DNA from: Alphaproteobacteria bacterium
Lineage (GTDB): Bacteria; Pseudomonadota; Alphaproteobacteria; Rs-D84
Assembly (NCBI GenBank): GCA_017960855.1
Contig: JAGCYJ010000012.1
Location: forward strand, 5,434 to 69,433
Direction of reading: 5' to 3'
DNA length: 64,000 nt
This document shows positions 1 to 7,683 of this stretch, piece by piece (position 1 is the stretch's first letter; every line of letters begins with the position of its first letter). The notes below the pieces were generated by a model. The model had not been told where the DNA came from. It was given only the letters and a program-made list of their open reading frames with translations, and made no database searches. A program made the position numbers and the translations under genes.

Positions 1-1
1 G

Positions 2-2125
2 GTAAAGTCCGATTGTAATGCGTATGAAAACAGTTTGAAACAGCAGAAAAATGCCAGCCAGACCAAGTTGGCTACCGCTGAACGTGCGTTGCGTGATGCG
101 GCGTTGGAACAATTGCGGGCGGCAAACAAATATGATTTGGGTCAATGTACAATTGAATTTAAAAAGTGTATGCAGACGACCGGCGGTTGTGGTGATGACT
201 TCGCTGCGTGTGCATCTGTTGCCGCATCTGATAACACCAATGTGAATAAAAGCACAACTAACAAAGCGAAAAAATATTCAATCAAGGGTTCTGCAACAAC
301 AATTGAAATATCTGCATCAACATATGATACATTGTTGGCTAAAAAACCGTTGTGCGAAACTGTCACGAAACAGTGCCAAAGTGTTGCGGATCAAGTTTGG
401 GGAACTTTCTTGAAGGAAGTTGCACCGGCGGTTAAATCGGCGGAACTTATTGCCGAAGATAATATGCGCCAAGATTGCATCGGCAATATTTCAGCGTGTT
501 TCCAACGCGCATGTCGTGATAATATTGACCCCAGTGATCCCGACGGTTCGTATGATTTATGTTTGACTCGTCCAGAAACAATGTTGAGTGTGTGTAAGAT
601 TCCACTTAACGCATGTGGTATTGATGCGTCATCACGTTCCAAGGCGGAAAAATCACAGATTTGGGATTTTGTAGTTGCGCGTCTTGCGTCTATGCGTGTT
701 GATTCATGTACCCGCGAAGTAAAAGCATGTTTGCAATCTGAAGATCGTTGCGGTTCGGATTATTCACAATGTATCGGGTTGGATACAGATACCATTATGC
801 GTATGTGCCCGTATGAAAAATTGGTTGGGTGTCAAATGGTTTATGGTGAAACCGAAATTCGTGGTGAAAAAGTTTATGATGAAATTTCCACCATGGTCCA
901 AGGTGTCATGCTGAATATTGATAATACTATGTTAAGCAAGTGCCAAAATGCTGCAAACGAAGCAATGATAAAAGTTTGTGGCGACACAGAAAACTGCGAT
1001 GGTTTGGCGGTTGATAGTGGTGTTGGAACACGTTCATTCAAATATCAGATTTGCGAATACACCGCAATTAATGGAAATGATATTACGTGGGGACCAGTGT
1101 GTATGGATTCATTGGATGGCATAAGCGAATACGATTTGATGAACCCCGGAAATGGTGCAATAGGTTGGGCTGGAAAATTATCCGGAACAATGTATTGGGG
1201 CGACATTGCGTATAACTGTACAGAAGCGGAAGATGGTGTGTCAGAATGCGCATTTACAAACCAGAGAGAATATGTAGAAAAACTAAAAACCCAAGGATAT
1301 GAGATTAATGCAGAAGAAGAAAAAATAATCAGTGAACGAGTATTTGGTATGGAAATGTCGGCACTGGTAAATGCTGTTAATACGGCAATTGCTGCAATTG
1401 AATCAGACCCAACCGTGCAATACTGTATGACCGGTCGTCGTGTCCAAGGAATGAAGATTGGTGAAGAAGACAGGTCATTTGGGCAAAGTGGACGTGGTCA
1501 GGGGCGTTTCCCGAATTTGACATCACAAATGCGTCAGACGATTGCTTTATCGGCACTTAAAAACGCGCGCGAAAATTACAATAAAAGATATGATTCTGAA
1601 ATATCGCGTATGATGAAAGACCAAGTGACCGCTGCGGCGCGTGTTGATAAAAATCATGCGATTGAATTGGCACAGAATACATGTGCGGCATGGGCGGAAC
1701 AAAGTGCCTTGCCTCAATCCGAATCGCCAAAGGTTAATAACACAGGTAAATGGATTGCGTTTGGTGTTCTTGCAGCCGCGGCCGTTGTTGCAAGTATATT
1801 TACTTTTGGGGCGGCAGGAGCACCTGCTGCGGCTGCGTTGCTGGGTTTCGTGGAAACCAGTACCACCGTTGCGGCCGTTAGTGCTGGGGTTGGTGTTGCG
1901 GCAGTTGGTGCAGCAGCAGGTATTGCGGCTTCCGCTGCAACACCGGTTGGTCAGGCAAATATTGAGCAATGGAATTATAAAGAAAATGTGACAACAACGT
2001 TTGCGCCATCTACTGGTGTTTGTACCAAGGTTCGTGTTTATCAGAACTGTGCAAAGACCAAAAAGAACTATTGTAAAGAATGGGAAGAACCAAAAGAAAT
2101 TCGTGATGAAGTGACATTGTTATAA
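2..2125 (+). CDS. Cysteine-rich secreted/envelope protein, family member A (5' end outside window)
   Basis: The frame is open from nt 2, with no stop upstream of the TTG at 35. There is no signal peptide at the ORF-track start, so the N-terminus is off-window. C-x6-C-x4/6-C motifs are present (CTIEFKKCMQTTGGC, CIGNISACFQRAC, CTREVKACLQSEDRC). Ala/Gly-rich hydrophobic segments lie near the C-terminus (WIAFGVLAAAAVVASIFTFGAAGAPAAAALLGF..). It is collinear with the protein starting at 62792. Confidence 0.8.
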   Translation, partial: VKSDCNAYENSLKQQKNASQTKLATAERALRDAALEQLRAANKYDLGQCTIEFKKCMQTTGGCGDDFAACASVAASDNTNVNKSTTNKAKKYSIKGSATTIEISASTYDTLLAKKPLCETVTKQCQSVADQVWGTFLKEVAPAVKSAELIAEDNMRQDCIGNISACFQRACRDNIDPSDPDGSYDLCLTRPETMLSVCKIPLNACGIDASSRSKAEKSQIWDFVVARLASMRVDSCTREVKACLQSEDRCGSDYSQCIGLDTDTIMRMCPYEKLVGCQMVYGETEIRGEKVYDEISTMVQGVMLNIDNTMLSKCQNAANEAMIKVCGDTENCDGLAVDSGVGTRSFKYQICEYTAINGNDITWGPVCMDSLDGISEYDLMNPGNGAIGWAGKLSGTMYWGDIAYNCTEAEDGVSECAFTNQREYVEKLKTQGYEINAEEEKIISERVFGMEMSALVNAVNTAIAAIESDPTVQYCMTGRRVQGMKIGEEDRSFGQSGRGQGRFPNLTSQMRQTIALSALKNARENYNKRYDSEISRMMKDQVTAAARVDKNHAIELAQNTCAAWAEQSALPQSESPKVNNTGKWIAFGVLAAAAVVASIFTFGAAGAPAAAALLGFVETSTTVAAVSAGVGVAAVGAAAGIAASAATPVGQANIEQWNYKENVTTTFAPSTGVCTKVRVYQNCAKTKKNYCKEWEEPKEIRDEVTLL

Positions 2126-2156
2126 AAACAACCGCCCGATTGGGCGGTGTTTTTTA
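2126..2156. terminator. Bidirectional rho-independent terminator
   Basis: Stem accgccc(2131-2137), loop gatt, stem gggcggt(2142-2148). An A-run lies upstream and a T-run downstream. It sits between convergent genes. Confidence 0.8.
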
Positions 2157-3209
2157 TATCAAATCTTTCAAATCTGTGATGATAAGTATGCCGGACTTTT
2201 CCCATTGTTTACGCAAATCATCTATATCCATTATATTATCTGCGCCCAAATACAAAACCGGTTGAACTTTGTTTGCACTTGCAACATTTAACACAGATGC
2301 AATTGGTGACTTTCTAATTTTGCCGGCGGCGAACCACGATTCGTTATCTGCAACCCAAAAATCCGAATCGGTATGTGATACAATTGCAAACTTGTCAGTC
2401 ACGATTACTTCGTTGTCTGTTTTGTATGGTACAGATTTTGCATCAAGGTATTTTGCCACAACATCGTTATCATTCGTTGTTGTTTTTATATCTGTAATTT
2501 CCGTTGTTGGTTCTTCTTCGTCATAATCTTCATCGTCTTCATCAAAATTCAAATCTGTAAACACAGGCGCATCATTTATAATGTTTGATGTTTCTTCTAT
2601 GTCAAAACTTGTCGGAATTGGCATTTCTGGTTCCGGTTCTGGCTGGGGTGTCGCTGGTACGACAACAGGGGCCGCAGCAGGTTTTGTCACATTGCTTAAA
2701 TCAAAAGCGGTTGTTTGTGTGCGTGCGGTGTGTTCGCGTGCGCGCGTGTATGCAACCTTTAATTCCGCAGGCAGTAATTCCGGTATGGGTTCCGGTTTCT
2801 TTTCTGTTTCAACTACTGGTGCGGGTGCTGGTTCAGTGACGACTTCTTTCACTTCTGTTGTTGTGACAATAGTTTTTTGTGGCACAGGTTCCGGCATCGG
2901 TGGCTGAACAAATGCGTTTTTGATGATTTGTGGCACAGTAAGTTTGAAATCAAATAATGGTGCGTTTTTTCGTGCAATCATAACAGTCGTTGCAACGTAC
3001 AATGGGACCATGGCCAGAACTAAAATTCCGAATACTAAACCCGCAAAGCCATGAAGGTGTGCGTGCATTAGTTGGTGCCAACGAAGAGCCGAGAATATAT
3101 TGAAGTTGAACATATATTGCATAATGGCCCATGTGACAACAACGTACGCAATCGTCCAAAGAATGACGTACTTTTTGGAATCATAAAAATTTTTCGTCCA
3201 TACTAACAT
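2154..3209 (-). CDS. Hypothetical inner-membrane protein with Pro/Glu-rich acidic linker
   Basis: 351-aa ORF. The N-terminus has about 3 hydrophobic TM segments (ILWTIAYVVVTWAIM, GFAGLVFGILVLAMVPLYVATTVMI). A PEP/acidic low-complexity region follows, then a globular C-terminal domain with no motif I recognise. Confidence 0.7.
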   Translation of the reverse strand: MLVWTKNFYDSKKYVILWTIAYVVVTWAIMQYMFNFNIFSALRWHQLMHAHLHGFAGLVFGILVLAMVPLYVATTVMIARKNAPLFDFKLTVPQIIKNAFVQPPMPEPVPQKTIVTTTEVKEVVTEPAPAPVVETEKKPEPIPELLPAELKVAYTRAREHTARTQTTAFDLSNVTKPAAAPVVVPATPQPEPEPEMPIPTSFDIEETSNIINDAPVFTDLNFDEDDEDYDEEEPTTEITDIKTTTNDNDVVAKYLDAKSVPYKTDNEVIVTDKFAIVSHTDSDFWVADNESWFAAGKIRKSPIASVLNVASANKVQPVLYLGADNIMDIDDLRKQWEKSGILIITDLKDLI

Positions 3210-3215
3210 ACTTTT

Positions 3216-3243
3216 ATTATAGACAAGGTGTTGTTTTTGTCAA
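3216..3243 (-). promoter_or_regulatory. sigma70-type promoter TTGACA-N16-TATAAT, 6 nt upstream of the ATG at 3209 (leaderless geometry)
   Basis: The minus strand reads cattGACAaaaacaacaccttgtcTATAATaaaagtATG. The -35 is the reverse complement of 3238-3243 and the -10 is the reverse complement of 3216-3221. Confidence 0.6.
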
Positions 3244-3309
3244 TGTTTATGTTTTTTTAGATAAAATGCAAAACAAAATGGTAAAAAAACTTTTTTTTGG
3301 CCTTTTTTG

Positions 3310-3318
3310 TGGTATAAT
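3310..3318 (+). promoter_or_regulatory. Extended -10 element TGgTATAAT upstream of 3347 gene
   Basis: tggtataat at 3310-3318. The RBS ggggga (3334-3340) and the ATG at 3347 follow. Confidence 0.5.
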
Positions 3319-3346
3319 TAAAGTATTTAAAATGGGGGGACTCCTG

Positions 3347-5410
3347 ATGCAAAAATCAGTAAAATTGTTCGGCGGAATGTTCGCCGGTTTCAGTGTCTTG
3401 GCCGTTGTTTGTGCGGCTTTCGCAGCGGAACCAACACCGCGTGCTGCGGCGGATGTACGCGAAGTAAATCGTGCAACAGTGGCGCCTGGGCGTATGCCGT
3501 CTATGCCGATTTTAACCATAAATCCGGCTAATTTAACGACGGATACCAAGCCATCACAGCCAGATGTGGATCCGAAGCCACAGCCAAAACCAGATCCAAA
3601 ACCAGAGCCGGAACCGGAACCAGAACCACAGCCGGAATGCCCAGATGGTGGCGTGCGTAATTCTGAATATACTGTCAATAACTGTATGAATGATGTTTTG
3701 GCGTGTATCAACAATGGCGCGTTGTCGGGCGGTCTGAACGATTTGTTTAATGAAGATATGCGTAATTCCATTATGAATGGTATGGGGCTGTGCTCTATCC
3801 AGGTTGAAAAGTGTATGATGGAAGTGCGTCGTGATTGTAAACCAGTATATCGCGCAATTGCGGATGTCTGGGTTGATTTCAATTCACGTAAAGTCCAACC
3901 AGAATATTACAACTTTGTTTTACGCAGAACTGGTTTAACCCCGAACCAAGCGGAAAACACATGTCTGTTGTTGGATGTGAATACATATGGTTCTTCGTTT
4001 AATGCGGTTGCGAACAGCGGTTTAACGACGGCTGAATACAACAATCGTGTTGGTGCATACAATAATCAACAGGGTGGGGTGCTGATTAAAACTAACCCCC
4101 AGGGTGCCGAATTGAACTATGGCAACCCAGGTGTTGACGGTTCACGCGGACACTATGCGCGTTGGGATGCAACAACGGCAACATGCTATCTGCGTGTTGC
4201 AGCATATAACAAAGACCAACAGATTAAAAACAGTTGGTTGTTTGGCGCGTTGGGTAATGATGACCCTGCACAAGTATGGCGTGCAGCCGGTGATACATTC
4301 AGTTGCAACAAAGACCTGTTCGGATTTTCGTTGTTGAATGATACCAAGACAACAGCAGTTGTTGGTGTTGGTGGTGGTACACTGGCCGGTGCAGGTATCG
4401 GTGCGTTGGCGGGTCATGGTAAACGTGCATTTGATTGCGATAACAGATCTGCACTGAAATCATTGAATGAACAGTTGCGCAAAAACGTCAATATCTATTC
4501 TTTGAACAGATATTTGAAAGCAAGCGATAGAATAGGTGTTGATGATTTAACAGAACGTCAGTGCAACGCCATTGTCGATTTGTACACAAATTATCAGACA
4601 ATCATGCAGGATAAGGAACGTTGTTTCGGTCCCGCGGATTTTGCATGCAAGTTTGTAGATCTAAAAGATAATGCGGTAGATGCGACTCTTAATCAGACAT
4701 ATTGTGAAGCTTGTGTGAACGCAGGCAAAGTTAAAAAAGAAGATTGCATAAAATATTTGGAAAAAGAATTTGGTTCAGAATTATTATCTGAAGATTCTTC
4801 TACTATGATCCGTATCTCTGGGACTTCAGAAGAATGTCTGTATCGTTCGTTGCGTGACCCGGGAAATATACTTAACACAAAATTGAAATGTGAAGCATCA
4901 GATACCGGATGTCTGAAGTATGCAGAAATAGAAATAGAACTTGAAGAACTGGGTGGAATATTTGCTGGTTTGTCTGTATTAGAAGGTGAAAAATCTAATA
5001 TGGGCAAGAGTATCGCAACTGGTGCCGCGATTGGTGCAGGAACCGGTGGTTTGGCAACGGCGATTACAGCATTTGTTGAACGTAACAACATTAACTGTCG
5101 TGTTGGTGATGGTTTGAATACGGTTGCGTTTGGCAAATCCCATACCATTAATACATTGAAAGATTTCTATGTTAAATGGAACCTGCATTTGCCAGATACC
5201 GTTATACCAACGGCAACCGCGGTTGATTGTAAAACATGGAAATTGTCATGTGCAGAATATACTGATTTGAATCAATGCAAAAATGCTGCGTTGAATTACA
5301 AACCGACATTGGATGGAACAATTACACTGATTCGTTCAGCGTGTAAAGTTTCGGGCAGTGTCTGTATTGAAAATGCAGCGGTTGCAAAATCGTATGGAGC
5401 ATGTGAATAA
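3347..5410 (+). CDS. Cysteine-rich secreted/envelope protein, family member B
   Basis: I chose the ATG at 3347 (ORF track starts at 3266). It is preceded by GGGGGA and gives a signal peptide MQKSVKLFGGMFAGFSVLAVVCAAFAAEP. A PKPQPKPDPKPEPEPEPEP linker follows. C-x6-C motifs are present (CMNDVLAC, CSIQVEKCMMEVRRDC). Two glycine-zipper segments are present (AVVGVGGGTLAGAGIGALAG; IATGAAIGAGTGGLATAITAF). Confidence 0.8.
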   Translation: MQKSVKLFGGMFAGFSVLAVVCAAFAAEPTPRAAADVREVNRATVAPGRMPSMPILTINPANLTTDTKPSQPDVDPKPQPKPDPKPEPEPEPEPQPECPDGGVRNSEYTVNNCMNDVLACINNGALSGGLNDLFNEDMRNSIMNGMGLCSIQVEKCMMEVRRDCKPVYRAIADVWVDFNSRKVQPEYYNFVLRRTGLTPNQAENTCLLLDVNTYGSSFNAVANSGLTTAEYNNRVGAYNNQQGGVLIKTNPQGAELNYGNPGVDGSRGHYARWDATTATCYLRVAAYNKDQQIKNSWLFGALGNDDPAQVWRAAGDTFSCNKDLFGFSLLNDTKTTAVVGVGGGTLAGAGIGALAGHGKRAFDCDNRSALKSLNEQLRKNVNIYSLNRYLKASDRIGVDDLTERQCNAIVDLYTNYQTIMQDKERCFGPADFACKFVDLKDNAVDATLNQTYCEACVNAGKVKKEDCIKYLEKEFGSELLSEDSSTMIRISGTSEECLYRSLRDPGNILNTKLKCEASDTGCLKYAEIEIELEELGGIFAGLSVLEGEKSNMGKSIATGAAIGAGTGGLATAITAFVERNNINCRVGDGLNTVAFGKSHTINTLKDFYVKWNLHLPDTVIPTATAVDCKTWKLSCAEYTDLNQCKNAALNYKPTLDGTITLIRSACKVSGSVCIENAAVAKSYGACE

Positions 5411-5440
5411 TCAAGTTTCTTTAGGTGTGTCCCTAAAGCG

Positions 5441-5500
5441 CCGCCCCGTTAAAGTTTTCACGAAATCCTTGTCGTCGTGAAAACTGGGGCGGATTTTTTT
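5441..5500 (+). terminator. Rho-independent terminator (compound hairpin + T7)
   Basis: ccgcccc(5441-5447) pairs with ggggcgg(5486-5492). gttttcacga(5454-5463) pairs with tcgtgaaaac(5475-5484). The run attttttt follows. Confidence 0.7.
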
Positions 5501-6227
5501 ACATTACGAAATCTTCGCCCAGGTATACTTTCTTGACCCGTTCATCAGCGATAATTTCATCGGTGGTACCGTGTTTCAAAATTTTGCCATCGTGCAAAAC
5601 ATAACTGTGGTCGGTGATGCCCAAAGTTTCACGAACATTGTGGTCGGTGATAATAACGCCCAGACCGCGATTTTTTAATTGCGACACCAACGAACGAATT
5701 TCGTTAACTGCAATAGGATCAATTCCTGCAAACGGTTCGTCCAACAAAATGAATTTAGGATCATTTGCCAATGCACGTGCAATTTCAACACGACGACGTT
5801 CACCACCAGACAGCGCGGTCGCAGGACTGCGACGCAATGCAGAAATTGCGAATTCATCCAGCAGCGCATCCAACTTTTGTTGACGTTTCTTTTTGCTGGG
5901 TTCCACAACTTCCAATATTGCCATAATATTTTGTTCAACGGTCAGACCGCGGAAAACACTATTTTCCTGGGGTAAATAACCGATGTGTAAACGTGAACGC
6001 TGATAGAAAGGCAGGTGGGTTATATCCTGGCTGTTCAAGAATATTTGACCACCGGTTGCACTTAACTGACCCGTTATGCAATAGAACGCGGTTGTTTTAC
6101 CGGCACCGTTTGGCCCAAGTAAGCCAACCGATTCGCCTTGGCGTGCGACCATGGATATGTCGCGAATAACCATACGCTTGCCATATGATTTAGATAAATG
6201 TTCAACACGTAATACAGATTGTTTCAT
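5499..6227 (-). CDS. lptB: LPS export ABC transporter ATP-binding protein LptB
   Basis: 242 aa. Walker A GPNGAGKTT, ABC signature LSGGERRRVEIARAL and Walker B ILLDEP are present. The overall sequence is typical of LptB, and it overlaps the upstream lptC-like gene by 4 nt. Confidence 0.9.
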   Translation of the reverse strand: MKQSVLRVEHLSKSYGKRMVIRDISMVARQGESVGLLGPNGAGKTTAFYCITGQLSATGGQIFLNSQDITHLPFYQRSRLHIGYLPQENSVFRGLTVEQNIMAILEVVEPSKKKRQQKLDALLDEFAISALRRSPATALSGGERRRVEIARALANDPKFILLDEPFAGIDPIAVNEIRSLVSQLKNRGLGVIITDHNVRETLGITDHSYVLHDGKILKHGTTDEIIADERVKKVYLGEDFVM

Positions 6228-6700
6228 AATTTTATCACCATTTCATCAGTTATTACTTTGTCGCCGGTTGATGAATCCATGCGAACATTGCCAGTAAGTG
6301 TGACACGTTTTGCTTTGATATCATATTTTCCTTGGCGTGCAGACACATCGTTTTTCTGCGGTTTGCCGTCAACTTTGCGCGTGATATTTCCGCGAATAGA
6401 ATCCAGGTAGATAATGTCAGGTTGATCGTATTCTTGTCGTGCAGTTTCGGCGCGAATTTGAAAAGGATTGCCGTCACGATCAACACCAGAAAAAGATGCG
6501 TCGGTCATTTTAAATTGGTTGGTTGCAATATCCTTCATATTGACGGCGGATATCGGTGTCCAAAGTAATTGGTGCGTAAACAGTGCACCCGCAACCAATG
6601 CCGCAACCATCACCAATCCCCAACCTGTGAAAAAGAATTGCCACAAACGTTGCAGACGGCGGTGTTTAGAAAAGATTATAAATGTGCGACTGTCACTCAT
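6224..6700 (-). CDS. LptC-like LPS export protein (membrane-anchored OstA-fold)
   Basis: There is a single N-terminal TM segment (LWQFFFTGWGLVMVAALVAGALF) with no cleavage site, followed by a beta-rich domain of about 120 aa. It lies directly upstream of lptB. The start is uncertain: ATG at 6700 or at 6739. The LptC versus LptA assignment rests on the uncleaved anchor. Confidence 0.55.
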   Translation of the reverse strand: MSDSRTFIIFSKHRRLQRLWQFFFTGWGLVMVAALVAGALFTHQLLWTPISAVNMKDIATNQFKMTDASFSGVDRDGNPFQIRAETARQEYDQPDIIYLDSIRGNITRKVDGKPQKNDVSARQGKYDIKAKRVTLTGNVRMDSSTGDKVITDEMVIKL

Positions 6701-6748
6701 ATCAAAGGTCAGTTTAGCGCGACAGATAATAAAAAGCAATTTTTATAT

Positions 6749-6776
6749 TTGAGAGATGCGCATTTTGTGATATAAT
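6749..6776 (+). promoter_or_regulatory. sigma70-type promoter TTGAGA-N16-TATAAT
   Basis: ttgaga at 6749-6754 and tataat at 6771-6776. The ATG at 6791 is preceded by agaaagagag. Confidence 0.6.
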
Positions 6777-6790
6777 ATCCAGAAAGAGAG

Positions 6791-7603
6791 ATGAAAAAAA
6801 ATCTTGCATCGTTTGTTGCATTGGTGTTGTGCATGACCGTTGGTTCGGCCATGGGTGCGGTGACTATTAAAAAAGCAGAACCAGTTAAGACCCAGCAAAC
6901 CAGCACATCTAACGCTACGGGCAGTTTGGTGCCATCGGTGCTGACTTTGGTGTCGGATGTTCAGGCACTGAATGCAAAGCAACGTGATTTAGATGCAGAA
7001 TGTACTCCGTCCAGTGCAGAAATTGAATTCGTAAATAATATGATGAAAGAGTGGGCAAAAACTGGTTCATCCACGGCAGAAGAAGCATTTAGAAAATTAA
7101 ACAGAACACGGTGTGATGGTGGTACAGGGTATGAATCTTCTGTTCGTTATGCGGCTGTTACGGATATGGGAACGGTTTGCTATGACAATTTTGCCGAATC
7201 CGATAAAGATATGGTTTGGTATCATTTCCCAAAGGCAAGCAAAGCAGTGTATTGTCCCGATGGTTCGCCGGCAAGCACTTGTGGAAAAAATCAGAAAACA
7301 GTATCTAATATTTATGAAGTATTTGATTTGATTGATTTCGGTGTTAGCGATTATAACCGTCAAGAAGCAACTATGGCAGCAAAGTTATTGGATCGCGCCG
7401 ATAGATGTTCGGATGTAAAAATTAGTAAAAAGAAAAAACAAATGTGGGGCGAATTCCTGACAACCGCCATGGGTAATGTTGGTCAAAAGACCAATACTTC
7501 GGCGATTATGCAGACGGTTGGCAATATTACCCAAAATGGTGCTAGTTTAAATGGCGGTCTGTCATCGTTGGGTTCAATCGCATCTCAATTTATGGATAAG
7601 TAA
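6791..7603 (+). CDS. Hypothetical secreted protein (Cys-containing)
   Basis: 270 aa. The signal peptide is MKKNLASFVALVLCMTVGSAMGAV. There are six mature-region Cys by hand count and a Ser/Gly/Asn-rich C-terminus. I recognise no family. Confidence 0.7.
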   Translation: MKKNLASFVALVLCMTVGSAMGAVTIKKAEPVKTQQTSTSNATGSLVPSVLTLVSDVQALNAKQRDLDAECTPSSAEIEFVNNMMKEWAKTGSSTAEEAFRKLNRTRCDGGTGYESSVRYAAVTDMGTVCYDNFAESDKDMVWYHFPKASKAVYCPDGSPASTCGKNQKTVSNIYEVFDLIDFGVSDYNRQEATMAAKLLDRADRCSDVKISKKKKQMWGEFLTTAMGNVGQKTNTSAIMQTVGNITQNGASLNGGLSSLGSIASQFMDK

Positions 7604-7627
7604 TATTATTCGCGTTGTTTTTTATGC

Positions 7628-7656
7628 TTTACTAATTTTATGAAAAATCGTATAAT
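7628..7656 (+). promoter_or_regulatory. sigma70-type promoter TTTACT-N17-TATAAT
   Basis: tttact at 7628-7633 and tataat at 7651-7656. The RBS aggaaagggga precedes the ATG at 7684. Confidence 0.5.
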
Positions 7657-7683
7657 ACCAAAGATTAGGAAAGGGGACACTTT

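Noticed and set aside
3560-3640. Short-period nucleotide repeats (ccagaaccagagccggaaccggaacc...), and similar tracts at 32560-32640 and 62990-63080, considered as possible CRISPR or tandem-repeat loci.
   Set aside because: They are in-frame low-complexity coding tracts: PEPEPEP, poly-Ser/Thr and GGN linkers of exported proteins. There is no repeat-spacer organisation.
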